A program made the position numbers and the translations under genes. From an uncultured Desulfarculus sp. (GTDB lineage: Bacteria; Desulfobacterota; Desulfarculia; Desulfarculales; Desulfarculaceae), in contig CAXXUK010000001.1 in assembly GCA_963665125.2 (NCBI GenBank), forward strand, positions 192,001-256,000: a stretch of 64,000 nt of DNA, written 5' to 3'. The notes beneath the pieces were generated by a model, which was not told the origin of the DNA, ran no database searches, and was given only the letters and a program-made list of their open reading frames with translations. Of this stretch, positions 50,474-61,228 are shown piece by piece (positions within the stretch are counted from its first letter, which is position 1; each line of letters begins with the position of its first letter).

Positions 50474-52009
50474 CTATTCAGCGGAGTACTCGTCCTTGAG
50501 GACTCTCTTGAGCACCTTGCCCGTCGGACCCTTGGGCAGATCGTCGACAAACACAAATGACTTCGGCGCCTTGTAGGTGGCAAGATGCTTCTTTGTGTAG
50601 GCGACCAATTCATCTTCCGTTGCTTTTTCGCCAGGTTTCAGAACCACCAGCGCGGTGACTTTCTCGCCCCAGTCGGCGTCCGGCACGCCAATCACGCTGA
50701 CCTCGACAATGGAGGGGTGCTTGAACAGCACCTCTTCGATTTCCCGGGGATAGATATTGATGGCGCCGCTGACTATCATGTCCTTTTCCCGGTCGACGAT
50801 GTAAACGTAGCCGTCTTCGTCCATGACGCCCAAATCTCCGGAATAGAACCAGCCGTCCCTGATGGTTTCCGCCGTGAGCTCCGGCATGTTCCAATAACGG
50901 TCGAGGATGTTTTCACCCTTGATGATAACCTCGCCGACGTCTTCCATGTCCCTGGCAACATCGGTGTTGTCCTTGCGCACGACCCGGACCCTGGTGTTGA
51001 CCACTTCGCGGCCGCATGAGCGCAAGCGCGGCATCTTGCGCGACTGGTCGCTGTTGATATGTTGGTCGGCGCTCAACATCGTGGCGAAACAAGTGGTTTC
51101 GGTCAGGCCGTAGCCTTGATGGAAGATGTTGCCGAATCTGCCGATCGCCTCGCTGATCACCGACTCGGGCATGGCCGATGAACCATAGAGGATAGCCCTC
51201 AGGCTGGAGACGTCCCAGTCGTCTATGGACGGGTATTGCAGCAGGCGGATGATCATCGTGGGAACGACGACCACAATGGTGATCTTTTCCTTCTGGACCG
51301 CGCTCAGGAAGCTTTCCGGCTCAAAGGCGTCGACGATTACGGAAGTTCCGCCCACATAGATAAGGGGCAGTACAAGGCAGTTCACCGGAGCGGTGAAAAA
51401 CAGCGGGTGAACGGAGAGATTTACGTCGTCATGGTGTAATTGCGCTTCGATAATGCCGTTGACGGCGTTGGCCACAATGGCCCGATGACTCAAGGCCGCG
51501 CCCTTGGGCAGGCTCGTCGTACCGCTGGTGTAATATAGAAGGATGATATCGCTTTCATCTATTTCGACATCGGGTTCGTCGTCCGGATACTGGGAGAGCA
51601 GTTTTTCATAGCTCATATATTCGCTGGAATCGTCGTCAACGCAGATGACCTTCTCGATATAGCCATATTGCGGTTTGATCTTGTCGGCGTGGTTTTTTCC
51701 CACGAACACAAGGCGTGGTTCGGCGTTGCCCAGGATATAATCCAACTCGTCTTTGAGCTTGGTGCTGATCGGGGCCAGGATCAGTCCGGCCTTGGCGCAT
51801 GCGCCGATGATTTCGATGTATTTGTAGCAATTGTCCAGAATCAAGGCCACCCGGTCTTGCTTTTTCAGGCCCATGTCAAGCAATGCATTGGCGAGGCGGT
51901 TGACGCGCTCGTTCAGCAGCTCGTAGCTAAGCCGCGTATCCTTATATACGATGGCCTCTTTTTTGGGGTACCTTTTGGCGGCTCTTTCGAACAGTTCTCC
52001 AACTACCAT
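50474..52009 (-). CDS. AMP-forming acyl-CoA synthetase
   Basis: YTSGTTSLPKG, GYGLTET, SGDLG, DREKDMI, PTGKVLK. AGGAGG RBS before ATG 52009. Confidence 0.93.
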   Translation of the reverse strand: MVVGELFERAAKRYPKKEAIVYKDTRLSYELLNERVNRLANALLDMGLKKQDRVALILDNCYKYIEIIGACAKAGLILAPISTKLKDELDYILGNAEPRLVFVGKNHADKIKPQYGYIEKVICVDDDSSEYMSYEKLLSQYPDDEPDVEIDESDIILLYYTSGTTSLPKGAALSHRAIVANAVNGIIEAQLHHDDVNLSVHPLFFTAPVNCLVLPLIYVGGTSVIVDAFEPESFLSAVQKEKITIVVVVPTMIIRLLQYPSIDDWDVSSLRAILYGSSAMPESVISEAIGRFGNIFHQGYGLTETTCFATMLSADQHINSDQSRKMPRLRSCGREVVNTRVRVVRKDNTDVARDMEDVGEVIIKGENILDRYWNMPELTAETIRDGWFYSGDLGVMDEDGYVYIVDREKDMIVSGAINIYPREIEEVLFKHPSIVEVSVIGVPDADWGEKVTALVVLKPGEKATEDELVAYTKKHLATYKAPKSFVFVDDLPKGPTGKVLKRVLKDEYSAE

Positions 52010-52166
52010 TTTGTTTCCTCCTTGCCTTAAATGCACGGCAGCTACTACAGGACGTTATTTTTGTTGAGCGGACTTCGGTCGCCTCACCGCTTCGCATGGG
52101 CTTTTTAAACAACAACAAGCCGTCAACAGCGAAAGGCATCCGCGTTATTGCAAAATCATTCAGAGG

Positions 52167-53348
52167 CTAGTCAAACACCCCATCCCTTTGCATTTGGGCT
52201 ATTTCCTCGTCGGAAAAACTCAAACCCCGCATGATTTCCATGTTGTGGCTGCCGGCCGGGGCGCCAAGCTCCCGGTATTCCGGCGGGGTTAGGGAAAATT
52301 TCAGGGGATTGGCGGGCTGCCGGATTTTCCGGCCGTCCGGACCTTCCATCTCGACCGTCCAGCCCCGGGCCTCTGCCAACGGGCTGTCAAAGGCCTCGCC
52401 CAGGCTGAGCACCGGTTCCAGGCAGGCCTCCACTCCTTTGAAGACCTCCAGCCATTCTTCCCTGGTTTTGGAGGCGATCACCTGGCGCACCTGGTCTTTG
52501 ACCTCCGCCAGGTTCGGCGGTGAAATCGTTCCCCGGATGAGGTCGTCGCGGCCGATGGCGCGGCAAAATGCCTCGAAGAACTTGGGCTCCAGCCCCCCGA
52601 AGCTCAGATATTGCCCGTCCGCGGTTTTGTAGAAATCGTATAAAGAACCGCCATTGAGGAAATAGCCTTCCCTTTGGGGATCGACACCCTCCACGAGATA
52701 GTTCATGGCCGCCACGAGGTTGAAGGGAACCACCCCGTCGGTCAGCGCTACGTCCAAATACTGACCCTGTCCTGTCCGGTTGCGATGAATCACCGCTGAC
52801 AAGATGGCGATCACGGCGCCGTAGGAGCCGGAGGCCATATCCGCTATCTGCATGCCGGTGATCATGGGGCCGTTTTCCCTGCTGCCGGTGTGCCCCATGA
52901 CCCCCGAGAGGGCCAGGTAGTTGATGTCGTGTCCGGCCTTGTCCCTTAAGGGGCCGTCTTGACCGTAACCGCTCAAGGAGCAGTAGATGAGGGACGGCTG
53001 GATCGACGAAAGGGCTTCGTAGCCCAAACCCAGCCGCTCCATGACCCCGGGCCTGAACTGCTCGATGATTAAGTCGTATTCCCGTAGGAGCTTGTGGACA
53101 ATTTCCACGCCCGTGGGGTGCTTCAGGTTCAAGGTGATGGAACGTTTGTTGCGCCCCAAATAGGCCAGGTTCGCCGCCAGCCCTGATCCGGGAAGAAAGG
53201 GAGGCGTCTGCGAATTGAGGTCGGGACGGCTTGCCGAACCGATTCGCAAGATATCGGCGCCCAGGTCGGCCAAGGTGAGCGTGGCGAATGGCCCCGGTAA
53301 AAGCGTTGTGAAATCAAGTATTTTAAGTCCGTTAAGCGCACCCGGCAT
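52167..53348 (-). CDS. Family III CoA-transferase (CaiB/BaiF; alpha-methylacyl-CoA racemase-like)
   Basis: LPGPFATLTLADLGA, RNKRSI, FRPGVMERLGLGY, AGHDINY, QIADM. Confidence 0.92.
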   Translation of the reverse strand: MPGALNGLKILDFTTLLPGPFATLTLADLGADILRIGSASRPDLNSQTPPFLPGSGLAANLAYLGRNKRSITLNLKHPTGVEIVHKLLREYDLIIEQFRPGVMERLGLGYEALSSIQPSLIYCSLSGYGQDGPLRDKAGHDINYLALSGVMGHTGSRENGPMITGMQIADMASGSYGAVIAILSAVIHRNRTGQGQYLDVALTDGVVPFNLVAAMNYLVEGVDPQREGYFLNGGSLYDFYKTADGQYLSFGGLEPKFFEAFCRAIGRDDLIRGTISPPNLAEVKDQVRQVIASKTREEWLEVFKGVEACLEPVLSLGEAFDSPLAEARGWTVEMEGPDGRKIRQPANPLKFSLTPPEYRELGAPAGSHNMEIMRGLSFSDEEIAQMQRDGVFD

Positions 53349-53403
53349 TGCTTGTTGTTTCTCCGTGTCAAAGCCATCAGAGTTTGATGCTGGGGCTGGG
53401 GCC

Positions 53404-53652
53404 TTATTCCAGCATTTGCTTCAGGTATTGGCTCATCCCGATGAACCTGACCTTCTGTTTGATGTCCGCCAAAAAATCTCGTCCCGCCATGCCCACGTAA
53501 TATATCCCCGATAAGTCGAGTGATATTGAACGTCCCTCTTTCCAGTGACGTTCGCACACATTGCGGAGAACGGGCAGGGAGTCGCGGTCCAAACGGCCTT
53601 CCACCTTGAGCAGAACTTTTTTTTCTGTTGGCGATCCCTTGATATAAATCAT
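53404..53652 (-). CDS. Small stand-alone STAS-like protein
   Basis: LKVEGRLD...ISLDLSGIYYVGMAGRDFL. ATG 53652 chosen because the longer ORF runs through the promoter. Confidence 0.65.
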   Translation of the reverse strand: MIYIKGSPTEKKVLLKVEGRLDRDSLPVLRNVCERHWKEGRSISLDLSGIYYVGMAGRDFLADIKQKVRFIGMSQYLKQMLE

Positions 53653-53666
53653 GTCTTCATAGACCA

Positions 53667-53683
53667 AGCAAATTTGACGCCAA
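53667..53683 (-). promoter_or_regulatory. Sigma54 (-24/-12) promoter of the STAS-CoA transferase-ligase operon
   Basis: Minus strand TTGGCGTCAAATTTGCT has exact GG-N10-GC spacing; divergent bEBP. Confidence 0.75.
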
Positions 53684-53754
53684 CCGTGCTTTCTATTAAA
53701 TAATAATAAAATCAAAGATATAAATGCATGATCGGCTTGACGGCAGATGGGTTA

Positions 53755-53789
53755 AAACGACAATGCGTTTAATAGACGAATTATCGTTT
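53755..53789. promoter_or_regulatory. Tandem candidate UAS palindromes
   Basis: AAACG-N6-CGTTT (53755-53770) and AGACG-N6-CGTTT (53774-53789), about 100-130 bp upstream of the predicted start site. Confidence 0.55.
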
Positions 53790-53902
53790 TATCGCTGTTG
53801 ACGGGTTGCTTTGTCATGACCTATCATCGAGGCTGATTCGGTTTCTTCCGTGAGAAATAGCGGATTACGCCAGCCAATGCAGACAAGTGGAGCGATCACA
53901 AT

Positions 53903-56900
53903 ATGATCAAACAACGCATACTTAGTGTGGCCGCCTTATTCGATGAAAGCTTCTCCATCGATTGGCTTCAGGAAGTATCAAAAGAAAAGCCGTCGCTGAT
54001 TCTCCAAGCCCTGCGTGAAGGAATGGAAGACAAATGGCTGGAGGAGACGGAGCCCGGCCGTTTCCGGTTCACCAATCCGCAAAAACGGCAATCATTTCTC
54101 GAATCGATTTCCCCGGAAGAAAAGGAAGGTCTTTATAAGCGGACCGTCGACAGCCTTTTGGAAGATATACCCGACGATGAACAGCTGGATCACGCATTGG
54201 CGAAATTGCTGCTTCACGTTAACAATGATTTGGAAGGCTGCCGGAGGTTGGTCGCCGAAGGCAATTATCTCCGCAAGAAATTTCGCAACACCGAGGCGCT
54301 TCAATATTTTGAAAAGGCGATCAACAGCCTGGAGAACATTTCCGGCGGGTCCTCGGCGCGTTTGTTCATAGAAACGGCCATCCAGTTTTCCAAAATTTCC
54401 ATGGGCACCCGCAATGCCGGCCTGGTCAACTCATATCTGCTGAAGGCCATTGAAAGGGCCAAAATCCAGGGCGATCAGGGCTACCATGGCCTTCTCAAAA
54501 TGCATCTGGCCAAGAATGAGTGGCTGCGCTCCAATTTCAAAACCGCCCTGGAGCTGTTTGATGAAGGCTGGGCCATGACCAAGGAGGCCGACAGCCCGTT
54601 CATTCAACGCTCGGCGTTTATCTTCAGCATGTTTTTCCACTATTGGCAGGGCCGCTATAAAGACGCCGTGGAAAGTTATGAAAAAGAGGCGCCCCAGATC
54701 GAGAACCTGCCCAAAGAAGAATTTCCCTTGATGGCCCGGTTGACCATCGGCTTTTGCTATTGCCACTGCGGGCAGGTGTCCCAGGGCTTGGGCATGTTGG
54801 ATTCGATTCACAGCCAATGCCTGAAAACGGACAACATCGGCATGGCCGGTCACGCCTCTTCGACCATCGCCTGGGCCCTGTGCGAAATCGGCCTTTTCTC
54901 CGAGGCCGACAAATACTGCGACCGCGCCCTGGACGAAACCACCAGAGGCCAAAACAACTTCGGCAAAGTGGGCGCATTGGCTTGCAGGGGCTACATTGAT
55001 CACAAAATGGGCGACAACAAACGCGCCCAGGCCTCCTTGCGCGAGTTCCTAAAACTAAGTCAGCACACCCAGATTCACTTCAGGAACCTGGCCATTATCA
55101 TGGAGCTTTGCTGGGCCATGGAACAGGGGCTGTTGCCCCGGATCCAGGGCATGTCCCTTGAAAAAGAAATAGACGAAGCCTTTGACAGCCAAAACGTCTG
55201 CATGTGCGGCTTGGGCTACCGTTACAAGGCGCTGCTCCAGAAAAAGCACGGCGCTTCTTCCCAAGAGGTTGTCAAGAACCTCAACCAGGCCATTGCGTTG
55301 TTGGAGATTTCTGGCCATCAGATTGAACTGGCCAAGACCAGGTTGCACCTGGCCGTGGAGTATCTGCACAACGGCGAGGAGGACCGCGCCAAGGCCTTGG
55401 CCAGCCCATCGGCCAAGCGGCTTTATTCCCTGAATGAATCCCTGATTCCCGACGGGCTGCGCTCCCTGCTGGGCGACATTCACAGCAGGGACAACCTGTT
55501 GGACGAAATACTGAAGCTGGGCCAGGAGATGGTTACGATCCGCGACAACCGGGAGGTTGCCATCAAGATAATTTCCGTGGCCAACAGCGTTACGGGTGCC
55601 GAGCGCGGAGCCATTTTCCTTATGGACGGCGAGACCGGCCGTCTGAAATTGCGGGCGGCAAAAAACCTGACATGGGAAAGCCTTGAAAATCCGTGCTTTG
55701 CCCAGTCCATGGAGTTGATAGAAAAGACGTTCCAAACCGGAAAAGGCAACTTTCTCGAGCTTGAAGCAAACAAGCAAGGCGCGGCGTGTTCCCAGGAGAC
55801 GATACGCTCATGCATCTGCGCGCCCATGTGTCTCAGAGACCAGGTGATCGGCGTGCTCTATCACGACAACCGTCTGTTCGAAAGCGCCTTCAAGGAAGAC
55901 GATCTGGATATTCTGGGGTATTTCGCGGCCCAGGCCGCCATCGCCATGGACAACGCCAAGGCCTATGAATCGCTTCGGGAGATGTACCAGAAGCAGGTGG
56001 AGGAAAAGCAATATTTCGAGGAACAACACCTGGAGAGCCTGCATTTCGAGGAGATAGTGGGCAAAACGCCGGCCATACGCAAGGTTTTCGCCCACATCGA
56101 CTCCGTTTCCAAGACCGACGCCACCGTGCTCATACTTGGTGAAACCGGCGTGGGCAAGGAACTGGTGGCCAGGGCGATCCACCACAACAGCAGCCGCCGG
56201 GAGGGCCCGTTTATCCGGGTCAATTGCAGCTCCCTTTCGGAATACCTGATTTCCAGCGAACTGTTCGGCCATGAAAAGGGCGCCTTCACCGGGGCCATTC
56301 AAAGGCGGATCGGCAGGTTCGAGTTGGCTGACAGGGGCACCATCTTCCTGGACGAGATCGGCGATATGCCTCTAAATTCCCAGGTACAGCTGTTGCGGGT
56401 GCTGCAAAGCAAGGAGTTCGAGCGCGTCGGCGGTCATGAAACCATCCGGTCCGATTTCAGACTCATGGCCGCCACCAACCGCGACCTGCCCAAACTCGTC
56501 GAGGCCGGCCGTTTTCGGGAAGACCTCTTTTACCGCCTAAGCGTTTTTCCCATCCAAGTCCCGCCCTTGCGGGAACGCCTGGAAGATATCCCTCTATTGG
56601 CTCTGCACTTCCTACAGCTTCACGCCAAGCGCCTGAATAAAAGAGTTGAGAAAATCCCCAATGCGGAAATGCAGAAGCTCATGGACTACACTTGGCCGGG
56701 CAATGTGCGGGAACTGGAGAACATAGTCGAAAGAGGCGTCATTTTAAGCACGGGGCCTCTTTACCGGGTTCCGACCACAAGTCTGACCCGCAACACCTTT
56801 GCCAACGTGCGTTCCAATATGAGCCTCGATGAAAACGAGCGGTCGCATATTTTGAGTGTGTTGGAGCTGACAAACGGCAAAGTCCGCGGAGACGACGGCG

Positions 56901-57037
56901 CCGCGGCGATTCTGGACATACACCCCAACACCCTTTATTCGCGAATGAAAAAGCTGGGAATATCACCGGCCAGGAAGCGCGGCCCCCAGCCCGAGGACGG
57001 CGACTGGTGCGCCACCTTTTACAGCCCGCCAAAATAA
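53903..57037 (+). CDS. Large sigma54-dependent activator: helical/TPR N-terminus + GAF + AAA+ + HTH
   Basis: [48 protein letters not shown] segment (GAERGAIFL...VLYHDNR). Confidence 0.92.
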   Translation: MIKQRILSVAALFDESFSIDWLQEVSKEKPSLILQALREGMEDKWLEETEPGRFRFTNPQKRQSFLESISPEEKEGLYKRTVDSLLEDIPDDEQLDHALAKLLLHVNNDLEGCRRLVAEGNYLRKKFRNTEALQYFEKAINSLENISGGSSARLFIETAIQFSKISMGTRNAGLVNSYLLKAIERAKIQGDQGYHGLLKMHLAKNEWLRSNFKTALELFDEGWAMTKEADSPFIQRSAFIFSMFFHYWQGRYKDAVESYEKEAPQIENLPKEEFPLMARLTIGFCYCHCGQVSQGLGMLDSIHSQCLKTDNIGMAGHASSTIAWALCEIGLFSEADKYCDRALDETTRGQNNFGKVGALACRGYIDHKMGDNKRAQASLREFLKLSQHTQIHFRNLAIIMELCWAMEQGLLPRIQGMSLEKEIDEAFDSQNVCMCGLGYRYKALLQKKHGASSQEVVKNLNQAIALLEISGHQIELAKTRLHLAVEYLHNGEEDRAKALASPSAKRLYSLNESLIPDGLRSLLGDIHSRDNLLDEILKLGQEMVTIRDNREVAIKIISVANSVTGAERGAIFLMDGETGRLKLRAAKNLTWESLENPCFAQSMELIEKTFQTGKGNFLELEANKQGAACSQETIRSCICAPMCLRDQVIGVLYHDNRLFESAFKEDDLDILGYFAAQAAIAMDNAKAYESLREMYQKQVEEKQYFEEQHLESLHFEEIVGKTPAIRKVFAHIDSVSKTDATVLILGETGVGKELVARAIHHNSSRREGPFIRVNCSSLSEYLISSELFGHEKGAFTGAIQRRIGRFELADRGTIFLDEIGDMPLNSQVQLLRVLQSKEFERVGGHETIRSDFRLMAATNRDLPKLVEAGRFREDLFYRLSVFPIQVPPLRERLEDIPLLALHFLQLHAKRLNKRVEKIPNAEMQKLMDYTWPGNVRELENIVERGVILSTGPLYRVPTTSLTRNTFANVRSNMSLDENERSHILSVLELTNGKVRGDDGAAAILDIHPNTLYSRMKKLGISPARKRGPQPEDGDWCATFYSPPK

Positions 57038-57049
57038 AATCGCATCCGC

Positions 57050-57820
57050 CTATGCGGTTTTCGCCAGCAAGGCCGCGCCCAGGGCTCCGATGATTTGAGG
57101 CTCTTGGGCGATGTGCGCCGGTACCCCCAGCTTGCGCTCCAGGCGTTTGACCACGCCGATGTTCTTGGCCACGCCTCCGCTTATGCACAACGCCGGTTCA
57201 ACGCCCACCCGTTCGAGCAAGTCAACGATCCGTTCCACAATGGCGTCCGTGGCGCCGGCCAGGATGTCGCCGGTTTTCTTGCCTTGGCGCCTCCATCTGA
57301 TGATGTCGGCCTCGGCGAAAACCACGCACTGGCTGCCCACGGTCAAGGCCTCGTCAGTGGGCAGCATCGACAACGGGCCGATGGCTTCCAGGGCAAGCTC
57401 GAGGGATTCGGCCATCCGTTCCAGGTAGCGCCCCGTACCGGCCGCGCATTTGTCGTTCATGACGAAGTTGGTTATCCGTCCATCGCCGTCGCATCTGATG
57501 GCCTTGCAGTCCTGGCCGCCCATGTCCAGGATGGTTCTGACTTCGGGAAACGTCCAAAAGCAGCCGGCGGCGTGGCAGGATATTTCGGATATGGTTTTAT
57601 CGGCAAAGGGCACATTGGCCCGGCCGTAGCCTGTGGAGACGGTGTAGCCGATGTCCTCGAACGCGAGGTCCGTAGCCGCCAGCACCGCATCCACGGCCCG
57701 CTGGGCCGATTCAACGGAGTCGGGGCCGGTGCGCACGATCCGCCAGCCCAGCAGCCGGTCGTTCTCCAATAAAACGGCCTTGGTGCTCAGGGACCCGATA
57801 TCAACTCCGCAGACGATCAT
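57050..57820 (-). CDS. ASKHA ATPase electron-activation subunit, canonical type (BzdQ-like)
   Basis: GVDIGS, STGYGR, EISCH, ILDMGGQDCKAI, MNDKCAAGTGR, CVVFAE. Confidence 0.9.
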   Translation of the reverse strand: MIVCGVDIGSLSTKAVLLENDRLLGWRIVRTGPDSVESAQRAVDAVLAATDLAFEDIGYTVSTGYGRANVPFADKTISEISCHAAGCFWTFPEVRTILDMGGQDCKAIRCDGDGRITNFVMNDKCAAGTGRYLERMAESLELALEAIGPLSMLPTDEALTVGSQCVVFAEADIIRWRRQGKKTGDILAGATDAIVERIVDLLERVGVEPALCISGGVAKNIGVVKRLERKLGVPAHIAQEPQIIGALGAALLAKTA

Positions 57821-58602
57821 GGGGCGGTCTCCCTGCCGTTTTCCTCGGCGATCAGGGCGGCCCCCAGGGCCCCGATGACCAGCGGATCACCGGGGACCAG
57901 TATCTTGCAACCCAGTTCTTGTTCCAGAGACTTGAGTATGCCCACGTTGTTGGCGCAGCCCCCCACCATGGCCACATCTTGTTTCAGGCCCACCTTGAGA
58001 ACCAGGGAATAGGCCCGGCGAGCCAAGCCCCTGAACACGGCCCTGGCGATGTCTTCGACCCGGTCCTTGTGGTGTATTTTGGAAATAATTTCAGACTCGG
58101 CAAACACGGCGCAGGTGCTGTTGATGCTGATTTCCTTTTTGGACAGCAGGGACAACGCACCCATCTCATCCAGGCTGGTCCCGAGGATTTTTGCCGCCGC
58201 CTTGAGGCTCCTGCCGGTACCAGAGGCGCAACGCTCGTTTCTGACCACGTTGAGAAGATTGCCTTGTTTGCTCCTGATGGCCATGCATGTCTCGGCCCCC
58301 ATGTCCAGAATTGTCCGCGCCGAGGGCATGAGCATGACCGCTCCCCGGCAACAGCACAGGGCTTCGGGGGCCCGACCGTGGGCCTGGGATACGTGGGCCC
58401 CGCCGTCGCCGGTGGCGATGATGCGGTCGACGGCGCCCAACGATATCCCGGCCTTGTCCACGGCCCTGTTTATCGCCTCGGTTGTAACGGCGGCCAAATC
58501 GCGGTTGCCGTTGGGCAATACGGAATCAGCCAGGATTACGCCGTCCCGCAATATCAAGGCCTTGGTATTTTCAAATCCAGCATCTACTCCCACATTGAGC
58601 AT
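57817..58602 (-). CDS. ASKHA ATPase electron-activation subunit, degenerate type (BzdP-like)
   Basis: GVDAG, TGDG, ILDMGAE, NERCASGTG, STCAVFAESE; 4-nt overlap with its partner. Confidence 0.87.
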   Translation of the reverse strand: MLNVGVDAGFENTKALILRDGVILADSVLPNGNRDLAAVTTEAINRAVDKAGISLGAVDRIIATGDGGAHVSQAHGRAPEALCCCRGAVMLMPSARTILDMGAETCMAIRSKQGNLLNVVRNERCASGTGRSLKAAAKILGTSLDEMGALSLLSKKEISINSTCAVFAESEIISKIHHKDRVEDIARAVFRGLARRAYSLVLKVGLKQDVAMVGGCANNVGILKSLEQELGCKILVPGDPLVIGALGAALIAEENGRETAP

Positions 58603-58616
58603 GGCGTGGGGACCCC

Positions 58617-59762
58617 TTAGTTGATCATTTCAGTAAATGCTTCAATTCTGGTGCTGAGCATGCCGATGTGCGACGGGTGGTATTCCCGGTTGATGCTCAG
58701 ATAAGGCACGCCGACGTCCTGGAGCGTTTTGCTCAGATAAAACGAGCGGTAATCCAGGGGCAAGGAATAAAGCTGGCGCAGTTCGACAATGCCCTGCACG
58801 TCGTACTCCTTGGCCCAGGAAATGATTTGGTTGGCCTGGCCGCGCCAGTCGCCCATGCGGGAAAGGCCGGGCCGGTTCATGTAACGGTCCGCCAGACGCT
58901 CCAACGGCGTGTTTGGCGAGTCGCCGACCAACTCACAAAAGTATTTGCTTCCAGTATCCAACTCATCCATGACCACGATGGCGCCGGTGTCTTCCACGAC
59001 CTTGACGTAGTCGGGGTTGTCCAGAAATTCACCGCACAACAGCAGGCGGGGCTTGTTGTTTTTCACGGCGGGCTCGCGGGTCTGGATATATGGCAACAGG
59101 GCTTCCAACTCTTGGTTGAACACCTCCTTGGGCATGATCCTGGCGGCGGTGGTGATGCCCAGGAACTCGGCGCCGGTCAACGGCGGGGTTTCTCTTTTGC
59201 GCATCTCATAGAGCCGGTGCAACAGGCCGCGCATCTTGTTGTATATCTCGATTTGCTCCAGGATATCGTCGTCGGTGATCTTCTTCCCGGCGAACTTTTC
59301 CATGGCTCCGACAAGGCCGGACACCGATTTGTTCCACATGTCCAGGGTTGTTTTGGACACGGTGTGGGGAAGATACATGATGTGCTGGAACGGCGGTTTG
59401 TTTATGTAATTGAGCACATCCCAGAGACGTTTGAAATCGTCGTCGACCTGGGTCGTGGCCACTCCGTCGAGAAAACCCAACTGGCCGGACAACACCGACT
59501 CAAGCACGTGGGAACAGTAACGGCAGGTCATCTCCGGGCGATAGATCGAGGCCCTGGGTGTTGATTCCTCCCAGGTGCCGGTAATACGCCAGGGCAGAAC
59601 CCCGGCCGCGGAGATTATTTCCTCGGGCACGTAAACGCACAATAGGCCAATTACTTTTTTGCCTTGGCCCTTCCACTCCAAAGCCCATTTTTGTCGGTTT
59701 TCCGGTTGATTGGCGTTGATCAACGCATTGAGTCTGCTTTCCATATTCGTATTGCTGTCCAC
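58617..59762 (-). CDS. HAD / class I aryl-CoA reductase family subunit (BzdN/HgdB-like)
   Basis: CVYVPEEIISAAG, TCRYCS, TGSKYF, STRIEAFTEM. Confidence 0.85.
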   Translation of the reverse strand: MDSNTNMESRLNALINANQPENRQKWALEWKGQGKKVIGLLCVYVPEEIISAAGVLPWRITGTWEESTPRASIYRPEMTCRYCSHVLESVLSGQLGFLDGVATTQVDDDFKRLWDVLNYINKPPFQHIMYLPHTVSKTTLDMWNKSVSGLVGAMEKFAGKKITDDDILEQIEIYNKMRGLLHRLYEMRKRETPPLTGAEFLGITTAARIMPKEVFNQELEALLPYIQTREPAVKNNKPRLLLCGEFLDNPDYVKVVEDTGAIVVMDELDTGSKYFCELVGDSPNTPLERLADRYMNRPGLSRMGDWRGQANQIISWAKEYDVQGIVELRQLYSLPLDYRSFYLSKTLQDVGVPYLSINREYHPSHIGMLSTRIEAFTEMIN

Positions 59763-59841
59763 TCTAGAACTCCCATATGCGATTGGTGACGATTCCTCTG
59801 TCCGCTTCGAACTTTGGCGCGATTGACGCGGCGGTAATCAC

Positions 59842-61155
59842 CTAGGCCCGGTTTTGTTTCCAGGCGGTGCAGACTTCAAGGAACTCACTCAATTTGGTGA
59901 AAAAATCGTTCCGGTCATAGGCGCTGCTCTCCAGCATGCGGCCTTCGACGAGCAGGGAGGGAAGGCCCAGCTGCTTTTCAGCTTCGGCGGCCACCAGCCG
60001 GCCAAGGTTGTTGCTCACCGGACAGCCCCATTGCAGGAAATAGATGATGCCGTCCAGATGGAGGTCCCGGCAGGAGTGAAGGTGGGTCTCGATCCAGTCT
60101 TCACCCAAGCGGCCCCAGACAAAGTCGAATTGCCGGGCTTCCTCCTCCAGGGGCGAGAGCTGGCGGCCGTTCCACGGATCGCCCCAGATGGGTTCCCTGC
60201 CGGAGAACCATCCGTTGTACACGGTCATCTCGGCCGCGGGGATGGATACGCCCCGCTGTTCCAACCAACTGAAGGGGTCGTCATAGAAGGGACCGGCCAC
60301 CGACCACAGCAGGCGCAGCTTTTCCTCGGGCTGGGCCGCGCCCAGGCCCTTTTCCACGCGTTCTCCGACTTCGTCCACGTACAGGCGCATGTACTTGATG
60401 GCCTTGGCCGGGTCGGGATACATGTTTGACAAACGAATTTCCCGGAAACTTTCCCGGCCGCTCAAGGGGCAGGGGATGGCCGCCTTGAGCTTCCATAGTT
60501 CCTGGAATGTTTGCAGGTATCGCCGGTCATAATCCAGCAACTCGATCATCCGGTCTTCGTCGTACTTGCATCCGGGAACATTGGCTTCGATGTAGGCGAC
60601 CATCTCCTTGATCTGGTCGGTGACATAACCAAGCTGCTCCTCGTTCATCCGGCCCTTGTAGTTGTCGAACGGGCGGTCGATGTTGAACTTGGGCACGTCG
60701 AGGTATTCGGCCAGCATGTTGTGGGCCAAAAACACCGGCAGGCATTCAAAGTTGGAGGTGAACAGAAAGCTCGGCCTGGGGAAGTCGCCGTTCAGGATCA
60801 TCGGCACCAGGATGGAGCAGCGGTCGCAGGTATGGTCGGGCATACCCAACTGGCGGACCTGGGCGAAGTATTCCGTGGCGGCCTTGCCGTGGGTCCGGTC
60901 AGCGGCCATGATGGCGTCCCAGGGGGTCATGCCCATGGCCCGGGTCAGGGGGCCCATGCCCGTAAGGCCCAGGGGTTTGCCGTTTTGATAGGCCTCGATT
61001 TGCTCCAGGCGGAGATCCCGCTCCAGTTCATAGAGCAGAACGTTGGATTTTGGTTTTGAAGGGTCGGGATTGTCGTTGATCTTTTGTATTCTGCGCTCAC
61101 AGATCGCCATCTCGTTTTTCAGATAGGCCAATCCGGCTTTATTCAATGATGACAT
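59842..61155 (-). CDS. HAD / class I aryl-CoA reductase family subunit (BzdO/HgdA-like)
   Basis: PDHTCDRC, FPRPSF..SNFEC, PCPLSG, LDGIIYFLQWGC, LPSLLVEG. Confidence 0.82.
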   Translation of the reverse strand: MSSLNKAGLAYLKNEMAICERRIQKINDNPDPSKPKSNVLLYELERDLRLEQIEAYQNGKPLGLTGMGPLTRAMGMTPWDAIMAADRTHGKAATEYFAQVRQLGMPDHTCDRCSILVPMILNGDFPRPSFLFTSNFECLPVFLAHNMLAEYLDVPKFNIDRPFDNYKGRMNEEQLGYVTDQIKEMVAYIEANVPGCKYDEDRMIELLDYDRRYLQTFQELWKLKAAIPCPLSGRESFREIRLSNMYPDPAKAIKYMRLYVDEVGERVEKGLGAAQPEEKLRLLWSVAGPFYDDPFSWLEQRGVSIPAAEMTVYNGWFSGREPIWGDPWNGRQLSPLEEEARQFDFVWGRLGEDWIETHLHSCRDLHLDGIIYFLQWGCPVSNNLGRLVAAEAEKQLGLPSLLVEGRMLESSAYDRNDFFTKLSEFLEVCTAWKQNRA

Positions 61156-61228
61156 TTCAAGCTCCCTCTAATGTTGGCTTACCAGCCGAGTGCAAAAGGT
61201 TTAGGTTCTCCATGCGGTGGGCTCATTT

